A DNA stretch of 64,000 bases from Balanoglossus misakiensis (Eukaryota > Animalia > Hemichordata), in contig CM082597.2 in assembly GCA_040954595.2 (NCBI GenBank), positions 10,261,778 through 10,325,777 on the forward strand, given 5' to 3'. Shown here in pieces: positions 12,401-27,400 of this stretch. Position 1 is the stretch's first letter; each line of letters begins with the position of its first letter. The notes under the pieces are model-generated. The model saw nothing but the letters and a program-made list of their open reading frames with translations. It did not search any database and had not been told where the DNA came from. Position numbers and translations under genes: made by a program.

Positions 12401-15400
12401 CACGGGTTAGACGTGGGCATTGCAGAGAGGGCAGCACCAATTTCATAAATGTACGTAGCAGTAAATACAGACTGCCTTTGCTTCCTTCCATATTTCATGC
12501 ACACCGTGTAAGTAGACTTTACCTAATTTTGTCCCTTCTTTTCACCCAATTTACTGTCTTTTCCTGATCTCCAACACAGACTATGGTTGCCACCATCTTG
12601 TCTGTTGTTAGGACAGCACACTGCCTTATTGTGTTGACTGTGTGCAGTTTTTGTAACCAGAGCCTCTAACCCAAACTATTATGCAGTTGTTACATATGAT
12701 GCAAGTTGCCCATAAAATTACCTAACAATAAAATGTGGCTGTCGAACATTGGTCCCAACAATAACGACAAACACAATACGATAGAATTTTTACTCAATGA
12801 CTTTCTGGCCTCATTTTCGCATCGTCTTGGAAGGGCAAATGAAAAAGGCATATCGATTATTGGTACTCCACTTATTAGACTTTCCACTGTTTGTCAACAG
12901 CACTGCCAAGGAACTCCTGCCAGCCATCATTGATTGTCTTGATAGTAGTGCCCAGAGTGTCGTCAATGTAGCTTTACAACATCTACGCTAAACAAATCTC
13001 TTTTTTTTTTTTGGCCTAACTTAATATATTTGTTTATTTCAGTGCTATGAGCAATACTCCGTTGTGTTTACTGTCAGAGATGTATCTGCAACAACCCGAT
13101 TTAATTCAGAGTGTCAGAAAAAGTGACTTGCTGGTCAAGAATGCAAACAGTGTCAGTCAGAGTGTCTCACAGGTGAGAGATTTTTTCTTTTTTTTTACAC
13201 ACGGGTTAGACGTGGGCATTGCAGAGAGGGCAGCACCAATTTCATAAATGTACGTAGCAGTAAATACAGACTGCCTTTGCTTCCTTCCATATTTCATGCA
13301 CACCGTGTAAGTAGACTTTACCTAATTTTGTCCCTTCTTTTCACCCAATTTACTGTCTTTTCCTGATCTCCAACACAGACTATGGTTGCCACCATCTTGT
13401 CTGTTGTTAGGACAGCACACTGCCTTATTGTGTTGACTGTGTGCAGTTTTTGTAACCAGAGCCTCTAACCCAAACTATTATGCAGTTGTTACATATGATG
13501 CAAGTTGCCCATAAAATTACCTAACAATAAAATGTGGCTGTCGAACATTGGTCCCAACAATAACGACAAACACAATACGATAGAATTTTTACTCAATGAC
13601 TTTCTGGCCTCATTTTCGCATCGTCTTGGAAGGGCAAATGAAAAAGGCATATCGATTATTGGTACTCCACTTATTAGACTTTCCACTGTTTGTCAACAGC
13701 ACTGCCAAGGAACTCCTGCCAGCCATCATTGATTGTCTGGATAGTAGTGCCCAGAGTGTCGTCAATGTAGCTTTACAACATCTACGCTAAACAAATCTCT
13801 TTTTTTTTTGGCCTAACTTAATATATTTGTTTATTTCAGTGCTATGAGCAATACTCCGTTGTGTTTACTGTCAGAGATGTATCTGCAACAACCCGATTTA
13901 ATTCAGAGTGTCAGAAAAAGTGACTTGCTGGTCAAGAATGCAAACAGTGTCAGTCAGAGTGTCTCACAGGTGAGAGATTTTTTCTTTTTTTTTACACACG
14001 GGTTAGACGTGGGCATTGCAGAGAGGGCAGCACCAATTTCATAAATGTACGTAGCAGTAAATACAGACTGCCTTTGCTTCCTTCCATATTTCATGCACAC
14101 CGTGTAAGTAGACTTTACCTAATTTTGTCCCTTCTTTTCACCCAATTTACTGTCTTTTCCTGATCTCCAACACAGACTATGGTTGCCACCATCTTGTCTG
14201 TTGTTAGGACAGCACACTGCCTTATTGTGTTGACTGTGTGCAGTTTTTGTAACCAGAGCCTCTAACCCAAACTATTATGCAGTTGTTACATATGATGCAA
14301 GTTGCCCATAAAATTACCTAACAATAAAATGTGGCTGTCGAACATTGGTCCCAACAATAACGACAAACACAATACGATAGAATTTTTACTCAATGACTTT
14401 CTGGCCTCATTTTCGCATCGTCTTGGAAGGGCAAATGAAAAAGGCATATCGATTATTGGTACTCCACTTATTAGACTTTCCACTGTTTGTCAACAGCACT
14501 GCCAAGGAACTCCTGCCAGCCATCATTGATTGTCTGGATAGTAGTGCCCAGAGTGTCGTCAATGTAGCTTTACAACATCTACGCTAAACAAATCTCTTTT
14601 TTTTTTGGCCTAACTTAATATATTTGTTTATTTCAGTGCTATGAGCAATACTCCGTTGTGTTTACTGTCAGAGATGTATCTGCAACAACCCGATTTAATT
14701 CAGAGTGTCAGAAAAAGTGACTTGCTGGTCAAGAATGCAAACAGTGTCAGTCAGAGTGTCTCACAGGTGAGAGATTTTTTCTTTTTTTTTACACACGGGT
14801 TAGACGTGGGCATTGCAGAGAGGGCAGCACCAATTTCATAAATGTACGTAGCAGTAAATACAGACTGCCTTTGCTTCCTTCCATATTTCATGCACACCGT
14901 GTAAGTAGACTTTACCTAATTTTGTCCCTTCTTTTCACCCAATTTACTGTCTTTTCCTGATCTCCAACACAGAGTATGGTTGCCACCATCTTGTCTGTTG
15001 TTAGGACAGCACACTGCCTTATTGTGTTGACTGTGTGCAGTTTTTGTAACCAGAGCCTCTAACCCAAACTATTATGCAGTTGTTACATATGATGCAAGTT
15101 GCCCATAAAATTACCTAACAATAAAATGTGGCTGTCGAACATTGGTCCCAACAATAACGACAAACACAATACGATAGAATTTTTACTCAATGACTTTCTG
15201 GCCTCATTTTCGCATCGTCTTGGAAGGGCAAATGAAAAAGGCATATCGATTATTGGTACTCCACTTATTAGACTTTCCACTGTTTGTCAACAGCACTGCC
15301 AAGGAACTCCTGCCAGCCATCATTGATTGTCTGGATAGTAGTGCCCAGAGTGTCGTCAATGTAGCTTTACAACATCTACGCTAAACAAATCTCTTTTTTT

Positions 15401-18400
15401 TTTGGCCTAACTTAATATATTTGTTTATTTCAGTGCTATGAGCAATACTCCGTTGTGTTTACTGTCAGAGATGTATCTGCAACAACCCGATTTAATTCAG
15501 AGTGTCAGAAAAAGTGACTTGCTGGTCAAGAATGCAAACAGTGTCAGTCAGAGTGTCTCACAGGTGAGAGATTTTTTTCTTTTTTTTTACACACGGGTTA
15601 GACGTGGGCATTGCAGAGAGGGCAGCACCAATTTCATAAATGTACGTAGCAGTAAATACAGACTGCCTTTGCTTCCTTCCATATTTCATGCACACCGTGT
15701 AAGTAGACTTTACCTAATTTTGTCCCTTCTTTTCACCCAATTTACTGTCTTTTCCTGATCTCCAACACAGACTATGGTTGCCACCATCTTGTCTGTTGTT
15801 AGGACAGCACACTGCCTTATTGTGTTGACTGTGTGCAGTTTTTGTAACCAGAGCCTCTAACCCAAACTATTATGCAGTTGTTACATATGATGCAAGTTGC
15901 CCATAAAATTACCTAACAATAAAATGTGGCTGTCGAACATTGGTCCCAACAATAACGACAAACACAATACGATAGAATTTTTACTCAATGACTTTCTGGC
16001 CTCATTTTCGCATCGTCTTGGAAGGGCAAATGAAAAAGGCATATCGATTATTGGTACTCCACTTATTAGACTTTCCACTGTTTGTCAACAGCACTGCCAA
16101 GGAACTCCTGCCAGCCATCATTGATTGTCTGGATAGTAGTGCCCAGAGTGTCGTCAATGTAGCTTTACAACATCTACGCTAAACAAATCTCTTTTTTTTT
16201 GGCCTAACTTAATATATTTGTTTATTTCAGTGCTATGAGCAATACTCCGTTGTGTTTACTGTCAGAGATGTATCTGCAACAACCCGATTTAATTCAGAGT
16301 GTCAGAAAAAGTGACTTGCTGGTCAAGAATGCAAACAGTGTCAGTCAGAGTGTCTCACAGGTGAGAGATTTTTTTCTTTTTTTTTACACACGGGTTAGAC
16401 GTGGGCATTGCAGAGAGGGCAGCACCAATTTCATAAATGTACGTAGCAGTAAATACAGACTGCCTTTGCTTCCTTCCATATTTCATGCACACCGTGTAAG
16501 TAGACTTTACCTAATTTTGTCCCTTCTTTTCACCCAATTTACTGTCTTTTCCTGATCTCCAACACAGACTATGGTTGCCACCATCTTGTCTGTTGTTAGG
16601 ACAGCACACTGCCTTATTGTGTTGACTGTGTGCAGTTTTTGTAACCAGAGCCTCTAACCCAAACTATTATGCAGTTGTTACATATGATGCAAGTTGCCCA
16701 TAAAATTACCTAACAATAAAATGTGGCTGTCGAACATTGGTCCCAACAATAACGACAAACACAATACGATAGAATTTTTACTCAATGACTTTCTGGCCTC
16801 ATTTTCGCATCGTCTTGGAAGGGCAAATGAAAAAGGCATATCGATTATTGGTACTCCACTTATTAGACTTTCCACTGTTTGTCAACAGCACTGCCAAGGG
16901 ACTCCTGCCAGCCATCATTGATTGTCTGGATAGTAGTGCCCAGAGTGTCGTCAATGTAGCTTTACAACATCTACGCTAAACAAATCTCTTTTTTTTTTGG
17001 CCTAACTTAATATATTTGTTTATTTCAGTGCTATGAGCAATACTCCGTTGTGTTTACTGTCAGAGATGTATCTGCAACAACCCGATTTAATTCAGAGTGT
17101 CAGAAAAAGTGACTTGCTGGTCAAGAATGCAAACAGTGTCAGTCAGAGTGTCTCACAGGTGAGAGATTTTTTCTTTTTTTTTACACACGGGTTAGACGTG
17201 GGCATTGCAGAGAGGGCAGCACCAATTTCATAAATGTACGTAGCAGTAAATACAGACTGCCTTTGCTTCCTTCCATATTTCATGCACACCGTGTAAGTAG
17301 ACTTTACCTAATTTTGTCCCTTCTTTTCACCCAATTTACTGTCTTTTCCTGATCTCCAACACAGACTATGGTTGCCACCATCTTGTCTGTTGTTAGGACA
17401 GCACACTGCCTTATTGTGTTGACTGTGTGCAGTTTTTGTAACCAGAGCCTCTAACCCAAACTATTATGCAGTTGTTACATATGATGCAAGTTGCCCATAA
17501 AATTACCTAACAATAAAATGTGGCTGTCGAACATTGGTCCCAACAATAACGACAAACACAATACGATAGAATTTTTACTCAATGACTTTCTGGCCTCATT
17601 TTCGCATCGTCTTGGAAGGGCAAATGAAAAAGGCATATCGATTATTGGTACTCCACTTATTAGACTTTCCACTGTTTGTCAACAGCACTGCCAAGGAACT
17701 CCTGCCAGCCATCATTGATTGTCTTGATAGTAGTGCCCAGAGTGTCGTCAATGTAGCTTTACAACATCTACGCTAAACAAATCTCTTTTTTTTTTTTGGC
17801 CTAACTTAATATATTTGTTTATTTCAGTGCTATGAGCAATACTCCGTTGTGTTTACTGTCAGAGATGTATCTGCAACAACCCGATTTAATTCAGAGTGTC
17901 AGAAAAAGTGACTTGCTGGTCAAGAATGCAAACAGTGTCAGTCAGAGTGTCTCACAGGTGAGAGATTTTTTCTTTTTTTTTACACACGGGTTAGACGTGG
18001 GCATTGCAGAGAGGGCAGCACCAATTTCATAAATGTACGTAGCAGTAAATACAGACTGCCTTTGCTTCCTTCCATATTTCATGCACACCGTGTAAGTAGA
18101 CTTTACCTAATTTTGTCCCTTCTTTTCACCCAATTTACTGTCTTTTCCTGATCTCCAACACAGACTATGGTTGCCACCATCTTGTCTGTTGTTAGGACAG
18201 CACACTGCCTTATTGTGTTGACTGTGTGCAGTTTTTGTAACCAGAGCCTCTAACCCAAACTATTATGCAGTTGTTACATATGATGCAAGTTGCCCATAAA
18301 ATTACCTAACAATAAAATGTGGCTGTCGAACATTGGTCCCAACAATAACGACAAACACAATACGATAGAATTTTTACTCAATGACTTTCTGGCCTCATTT

Positions 18401-21400
18401 TCGCATCGTCTTGGAAGGGCAAATGAAAAAGGCATATCGATTATTGGTACTCCACTTATTAGACTTTCCACTGTTTGTCAACAGCACTGCCAAGGAACTC
18501 CTGCCAGCCATCATTGATTGTCTGGATAGTAGTGCCCAGAGTGTCGTCAATGTAGCTTTACAACATCTACGCTAAACAAATCTCTTTTTTTTTGGCCTAA
18601 CTTAATATATTTGTTTATTTCAGTGCTATGAGCAATACTCCGTTGTGTTTACTGTCAGAGATGTATCTGCAACAACCCGATTTAATTCAGAGTGTCAGAA
18701 AAAGTGACTTGCTGGTCAAGAATGCAAACAGTGTCAGTCAGAGTGTCTCACAGGTGAGAGATTTTTTCTTTTTTTTTTACACACGGGTTAGACGTGGGCA
18801 TTGCAGAGAGGGCAGCACCAATTTCATAAATGTACGTAGCAGTAAATACAGACTGCCTTTGCTTCCTTCCATATTTCATGCACACCGTGTAAGTAGACTT
18901 TACCTAATTTTGTCCCTTCTTTTCACCCAATTTACTGTCTTTTCCTGATCTCCAACACAGAGTATGGTTGCCACCATCTTGTCTGTTGTTAGGACAGCAC
19001 ACTGCCTTATTGTGTTGACTGTGTGCAGTTTTTGTAACCAGAGCCTCTAACCCAAACTATTATGCAGTTGTTACATATGATGCAAGTTGCCCATAAAATT
19101 ACCTAACAATAAAATGTGGCTGTCGAACATTGGTCCCAACAATAACGACAAACACAATACGATAGAATTTTTACTCAATGACTTTCTGGCCTCATTTTCG
19201 CATCGTCTTGGAAGGGCAAATGAAAAAGGCATATCGATTATTGGTACTCCACTTATTAGACTTTCCACTGTTTGTCAACAGCACTGCCAAGGAACTCCTG
19301 CCAGCCATCATTGATTGTCTGGATAGTAGTGCCCAGAGTGTCGTCAATGTAGCTTTACAACATCTACGCTAAACAAATCTCTTTTTTTTTTGGCCTAACT
19401 TAATATATTTGTTTATTTCAGTGCTATGAGCAATACTCCGTTGTGTTTACTGTCAGAGATGTATCTGCAACAACCCGATTTAATTCAGAGTGTCAGAAAA
19501 AGTGACTTGCTGGTCAAGAATGCAAACAGTGTCAGTCAGAGTGTCTCACAGGTGAGAGATTTTTTCTTTTTTTTTACACACGGGTTAGACGTGGGCATTG
19601 CAGAGAGGGCAGCACCAATTTCATAAATGTACGTAGCAGTAAATACAGACTGCCTTTGCTTCCTTCCATATTTCATGCACACCGTGTAAGTAGACTTTAC
19701 CTAATTTTGTCCCTTCTTTTCACCCAATTTACTGTCTTTTCCTGATCTCCAACACAGACTATGGTTGCCACCATCTTGTCTGTTGTTAGGACAGCACACT
19801 GCCTTATTGTGTTGACTGTGTGCAGTTTTTGTAACCAGAGCCTCTAACCCAAACTATTATGCAGTTGTTACATATGATGCAAGTTGCCCATAAAATTACC
19901 TAACAATAAAATGTGGCTGTCGAACATTGGTCCCAACAATAACGACAAACACAATACGATAGAATTTTTACTCAATGACTTTCTGGCCTCATTTTCGCAT
20001 CGTCTTGGAAGGGCAAATGAAAAAGGCATATCGATTATTGGTACTCCACTTATTAGACTTTCCACTGTTTGTCAACAGCACTGCCAAGGAACTCCTGCCA
20101 GCCATCATTGATTGTCTGGATAGTAGTGCCCAGAGTGTCGTCAATGTAGCTTTACAACATCTACGCTAAACAAATCTCTTTTTTTTTGGCCTAACTTAAT
20201 ATATTTGTTTATTTCAGTGCTATGAGCAATACTCCGTTGTGTTTACTGTCAGAGATGTATCTGCAACAACCCGATTTAATTCAGAGTGTCAGAAAAAGTG
20301 ACTTGCTGGTCAAGAATGCAAACAGTGTCAGTCAGAGTGTCTCACAGGTGAGAGATTTTTTTCTTTTTTTTTACACACGGGTTAGACGTGGGCATTGCAG
20401 AGAGGGCAGCACCAATTTCATAAATGTACGTAGCAGTAAATACAGACTGCCTTTGCTTCCTTCCATATTTCATGCACACCGTGTAAGTAGACTTTACCTA
20501 ATTTTGTCCCTTCTTTTCACCCAATTTACTGTCTTTTCCTGATCTCCAACACAGACTATGGTTGCCACCATCTTGTCTGTTGTTAGGACAGCACACTGCC
20601 TTATTGTGTTGACTGTGTGCAGTTTTTGTAACCAGAGCCTCTAACCCAAACTATTATGCAGTTGTTACATATGATGCAAGTTGCCCATAAAATTACCTAA
20701 CAATAAAATGTGGCTGTCGAACATTGGTCCCAACAATAACGACAAACACAATACGATAGAATTTTTACTCAATGACTTTCTGGCCTCATTTTCGCATCGT
20801 CTTGGAAGGGCAAATGAAAAAGGCATATCGATTATTGGTACTCCACTTATTAGACTTTCCACTGTTTGTCAACAGCACTGCCAAGGAACTCCTGCCAGCC
20901 ATCATTGATTGTCTGGATAGTAGTGCCCAGAGTGTCGTCAATGTAGCTTTACAACATCTACGCTAAACAAATCTCTTTTTTTTTGGCCTAACTTAATATA
21001 TTTGTTTATTTCAGTGCTATGAGCAATACTCCGTTGTGTTTACTGTCAGAGATGTATCTGCAACAACCCGATTTAATTCAGAGTGTCAGAAAAAGTGACT
21101 TGCTGGTCAAGAATGCAAACAGTGTCAGTCAGAGTGTCTCACAGGTGAGAGACTTTTTCTTTTTTTTTACACACGGGTTAGACGTGGGCATTGCAGAGAG
21201 GGCAGCACCAATTTCATAAATGTACGTAGCAGTAAATACAGACTGCCTTTGCTTCCTTCCATATTTCATGCACACCGTGTAAGTAGACTTTACCTAATTT
21301 TGTCCCTTCTTTTCACCCAATTTACTGTCTTTTCCTGATCTCCAACACAGACTATGGTTGCCACCATCTTGTCTGTTGTTAGGACAGCACACTGCCTTAT

Positions 21401-24400
21401 TGTGTTGACTGTGTGCAGTTTTTGTAACCAGAGCCTCTAACCCAAACTATTATGCAGTTGTTACATATGATGCAAGTTGCCCATAAAATTACCTAACAAT
21501 AAAATGTGGCTGTCGAACATTGGTCCCAACAATAATGACAAACACAATACGATAGAATTTTTACTCAATGACTTTCTGGCCTCATTTTCGCATCGTCTTG
21601 GACGGGCAAATGAAAAAGGCATATCGATTATTGGTACTCCACTTATTAGACTTTCCACTGTTTGTCAACAGCACTGCCAAGGAACTCCTGCCAGCCATCA
21701 TTGATTGTCTGGATAGTAGTGCCCAGAGTGTCGTCAATGTAGCTTTACAACATCTACGCTAAACAAATCTCTTTTTTTTTTGGCCTAACTTAATATATTT
21801 GTTTATTTCAGTGCTATGAGCAATACTCCGTTGCGTTTACTGTCAGAGATGTATCTGCAACAACCCGATTTAATTCAGAGTGTCAGAAAAAGTGACTTGC
21901 TGGTCAAGAATGCAAACAGTGTCAGTCAGAGTGTCTCACAGGTGAGAGATTTTTTTCTTTTTTTTTACACACGGGTTAGACGTGGGCATTGCAGAGAGGG
22001 CAGCACCAATTTCATAAATGTACGTAGCAGTAAATACAGACTGCCTTTGCTTCCTTCCATATTTCATGCACACCGTGTAAGTAGACTTTACCTAATTTTG
22101 TCCCTTCTTTTCACCCAATTTACTGTCTTTTCCTGATCTCCAACACAGACTATGGTTGCCACCATCTTGTCTGTTGTTAGGACAGCACACTGCCTTATTG
22201 TGTTGACTGTGTGCAGTTTTTGTAACCAGAGCCTCTAACCCAAACTATTATGCAGTTGTTACATATGATGCAAGTTGCCCATAAAATTACCTAACAATAA
22301 AATGTGGCTGTCGAACATTGGTCCCAACAATAATGACAAACACAATACGATAGAATTTTTACTCAATGACTTTCTGGCCTCATTTTCGCATCGTCTTGGA
22401 CGGGCAAATGAAAAAGGCATATCGATTATTGGTACTCCACTTATTAGACTTTCCACTGTTTGTCAACAGCACTGCCAAGGAACTCCTGCCAGCCATCATT
22501 GATTGTCTGGATAGTAGTGCCCAGAGTGTCGTCAATGTAGCTTTACAACATCTACGCTAAACAAATCTCTTTTTTTTTTGGCCTAACTTAATATATTTGT
22601 TTATTTCAGTGCTATGAGCAATACTCCGTTGCGTTTACTGTCAGAGATGTATCTGCAACAACCCGATTTAATTCAGAGTGTCAGAAAAAGTGACTTGCTG
22701 GTCAAGAATGCAAACAGTGTCAGTCAGAGTGTCTCACAGGTGAGAGATTTTTTTCTTTTTTTTTACACACGGGTTAGACGTGGGCATTGCAGAGAGGGCA
22801 GCACTAATTTCATAAATGTACGTAGCAGTAAATACAGACTGCCTTTGCTTCCTTCCATATTTCATGCACACCGTGTAAGTAGACTTTACCTAATTTTGTC
22901 CCTTCTTTTCACCCAATTTACTGTCTTTTCCTGATCTCCAACACAGACTATGGTTGCCACCATCTTGTCTGTTGTTAGGACAGCACACTGCCTTATTGTG
23001 TTGACTGTGTGCAGTTTTTGTAACCAGAGCCTCTAACCCAAACTATTATGCAGTTGTTACATATGATGCAAGTTGCCCATAAAATTACCTAACAATAAAA
23101 TGTGGCTGTCGAACATTGGTCCCAACAATAACGACAAACACAATACGATAGAATTTTTACTCAATGACTTTCTGGCCTCATTTTCGCATCGTCTTGGAAG
23201 GGCAAATGAAAAAGGCATATCGATTATTGGTACTCCACTTATTAGACTTTCCACTGTTTGTCAACAGCACTGCCAAGGAACTCCTGCCAGCCATCATTGA
23301 TTGTCTGGATAGTAGTGCCCAGAGTGTCGTCAATGTAGCTTTACAACATCTACGCTAAACAAATCTCTTTTTTTTTTGGCCTAACTTAATATATTTGTTT
23401 ATTTCAGTGCTATGAGCAATACTCCGTTGTGTTTACTGTCAGAGATGTATCTGCAACAACCCGATTTAATTCAGAGTGTCAGAAAAAGTGACTTGCTGGT
23501 CAAGAATGCAAACAGTGTCAGTCAGAGTGTCTCACAGGTGAGAGATTTTTTTCTTTTTTTTTACACACGGGTTAGACGTGGGCATTGCAGAGAGGGCAGC
23601 ACCAATTTCATAAATGTACGTAGCAGTAAATACAGACTGCCTTTGCTTCCTTCCATATTTCATGCACACCGTGTAAGTAGACTTTACCTAATTTTGTCCC
23701 TTCTTTTCACCCAATTTACTGTCTTTTCCTGATCTCCAACACAGACTATGGTTGCCACCATCTTGTCTGTTGTTAGGACAGCACACTGCCTTATTGTGTT
23801 GACTGTGTGCAGTTTTTGTAACCAGAGCCTCTAACCCAAACTATTATGCAGTTGTTACATATGATGCAAGTTGCCCATAAAATTACCTAACAATAAAATG
23901 TGGCTGTCGAACATTGGTCCCAACAATAACGACAAACACAATACGATAGAATTTTTACTCAATGACTTTCTGGCCTCATTTTCGCATCGTCTTGGAAGGG
24001 CAAATGAAAAAGGCATATCGATTATTGGTACTCCACTTATTAGACTTTCCACTGTTTGTCAACAGCACTGCCAAGGAACTCCTGCCAGCCATCATTGATT
24101 GTCTGGATAGTAGTGCCCAGAGTGTCGTCAATGTAGCTTTACAACATCTACGCTAAACAAATCTCTTTTTTTTTGGCCTAACTTAATATATTTGTTTATT
24201 TCAGTGCTATGAGCAATACTCCGTTGTGTTTACTGTCAGAGATGTATCTGCAACAACCCGATTTAATTCAGAGTGTCAGAAAAAGTGACTTGCTGGTCAA
24301 GAATGCAAACAGTGTCAGTCAGAGTGTCTCACAGGTGAGAGATTTTTTCTTTTTTTTTTTACACACGGGTTAGACGTGGGCATTGCAGAGAGGGCAGCAC

Positions 24401-27400
24401 CAATTTCATAAATGTACGTAGCAGTAAATACAGACTGCCTTTGCTTCCTTCCATATTTCATGCACACCGTGTAAGTAGACTTTACCTAATTTTGTCCCTT
24501 CTTTTCACCCAATTTACTGTCTTTTCCTGATCTCCAACACAGACTATGGTTGCCACCATCTTGTCTGTTGTTAGGACAGCACACTGCCTTATTGTGTTGA
24601 CTGTGTGCAGTTTTTGTAACCAGAGCCTCTAACCCAAACTATTATGCAGTTGTTACATATGATGCAAGTTGCCCATAAAATTACCTAACAATAAAATGTG
24701 GCTGTCGAACATTGGTCCCAACAATAACGACAAACACAATACGATAGAATTTTTACTCAATGACTTTCTGGCCTCATTTTCGCATCGTCTTGGAAGGGCA
24801 AATGAAAAAGGCATATCGATTATTGGTACTCCACTTATTAGACTTTCCACTGTTTGTCAACAGCACTGCCAAGGAACTCCTGCCAGCCATCATTGATTGT
24901 CTGGATAGTAGTGCCCAGAGTGTCGTCAATGTAGCTTTACAACATCTACGCTAAACAAATCTTTTTTTTTTGGCCTAACTTAATATATTTGTTTATTTCA
25001 GTGCTATGAGCAATACTCCGTTGTGTTTACTGTCAGAGATGTATCTGCAACAACCCGATTTAATTCAGAGTGTCAGAAAAAGTGACTTGCTGGTCAAGAA
25101 TGCAAACAGTGTCAGTCAGAGTGTCTCACAGGTGAGAGATTTTTTCTTTTTTTTTACACACGGGTTAGACGTGGGCATTGCAGAGAGGGCAGCACCAATT
25201 TCATAAATGTACGTAGCAGTAAATACAGACTGCCTTTGCTTCCTTCCATATTTCATGCACACCGTGTAAGTAGACTTTACCTAATTTTGTCCCTTCTTTT
25301 CACCCAATTTACTGTCTTTTCCTGATCTCCAACACAGACTATGGTTGCCACCATCTTGTCTGTTGTTAGGACAGCACACTGCCTTATTGTGTTGACTGTG
25401 TGCAGTTTTTGTAACCAGAGCCTCTAACCCAAACTATTATGCAGTTGTTACATATGATGCAAGTTGCCCATAAAATTACCTAACAATAAAATGTGGCTGT
25501 CGAACATTGGTCCCAACAATAACGACAAACACAATACGATAGAATTTTTACTCAATGACTTTCTGGCCTCATTTTCGCATCGTCTTGGAAGGGCAAATGA
25601 AAAAGGCATATCGATTATTGGTACTCCACTTATTAGACTTTCCACTGTTTGTCAACAGCACTGCCAAGGAACTCCTGCCAGCCATCATTGATTGTCTTGA
25701 TAGTAGTGCCCAGAGTGTCGTCAATGTAGCTTTACAACATCTACGCTAAACAAATCTCTTTTTTTTTTTTGGCCTAACTTAATATATTTGTTTATTTCAG
25801 TGCTATGAGCAATACTCCGTTGTGTTTACTGTCAGAGATGTATCTGCAACAACCCGATTTAATTCAGAGTGTCAGAAAAAGTGACTTGCTGGTCAAGAAT
25901 GCAAACAGTGTCAGTCAGAGTGTCTCACAGGTGAGAGATTTTTTCTTTTTTTTACACACGGGTTAGACGTGGGCATTGCAGAGAGGGCAGCACCAATTTC
26001 ATAAATGTACGTAGCAGTAAATACAGACTGCCTTTGCTTCCTTCCATATTTCATGCACACCGTGTAAGTAGACTTTACCTAATTTTGTCCCTTCTTTTCA
26101 CCCAATTTACTGTCTTTTCCTGATCTCCAACACAGACTATGGTTGCCACCATCTTGTCTGTTGTTAGGACAGCACACTGCCTTATTGTGTTGACTGTGTG
26201 CAGTTTTTGTAACCAGAGCCTCTAACCCAAACTATTATGCAGTTGTTACATATGATGCAAGTTGCCCATAAAATTACCTAACAATAAAATGTGGCTGTCG
26301 AACATTGGTCCCAACAATAACGACAAACACAATACGATAGAATTTTTACTCAATGACTTTCTGGCCTCATTTTCGCATCGTCTTGGAAGGGCAAATGAAA
26401 AAGGCATATCGATTATTGGTACTCCACTTATTAGACTTTCGACTGTTTGTCAACAGCACTGCCAAGGAACTCCTGCCAGCCATCATTGATTGTCTGGATA
26501 GTAGTGCCCAGAGTGTCGTCAATGTAGCTTTACAACATCTACGCTAAACAAATCTCTTTATTTTTTGGCCTAACTTAATATATTTGTTTATTTCAGTGCT
26601 ATGAGCAATACTCCGTTGTGTTTACTGTCAGAGATGTATCTGCAACAACCCGATTTAATTCAGAGTGTCAGAAAAAGTGACTTGCTGGTCAAGAATGCAA
26701 ACAGTGTCAGTCAGAGTGTCTCACAGGTGAGAGATTTTTTCTTTTTTTTTACACACGGGTTAGACGTGGGCATTGCAGAGAGGGCAGCACCAATTTCATA
26801 AATGTACGTAGCAGTAAATACAGACTGCCTTTGCTTCCTTCCATATTTCATGCACACCGTGTAAGTAGACTTTACCTAATTTTGTCCCTTCTTTTCACCC
26901 AATTTACTGTCTTTTCCTGATCTCCAACACAGACTATGGTTGCCACCATCTTGTCTGTTGTTAGGACAGCACACTGCCTTATTGTGTTGACTGTGTGCAG
27001 TTTTTGTAACCAGAGCCTCTAACCCAAACTATTATGCAGTTGTTACATATGATGCAAGTTGCCCATAAAATTACCTAACAATAAAATGTGGCTGTCGAAC
27101 ATTGGTCCCAACAATAACGACAAACACAATACGATAGAATTTTTACTCAATGACTTTCTGGCCTCATTTTCGCATCGTCTTGGAAGGGCAAATGAAAAAG
27201 GCATATCGATTATTGGTACTCCACTTATTAGACTTTCGACTGTTTGTCAACAGCACTGCCAAGGAACTCCTGCCAGCCATCATTGATTGTCTGGATAGTA
27301 GTGCCCAGAGTGTCGTCAATGTAGCTTTACAACATCTACGCTAAACAAATCTCTTTATTTTTTGGCCTAACTTAATATATTTGTTTATTTCAGTGCTATG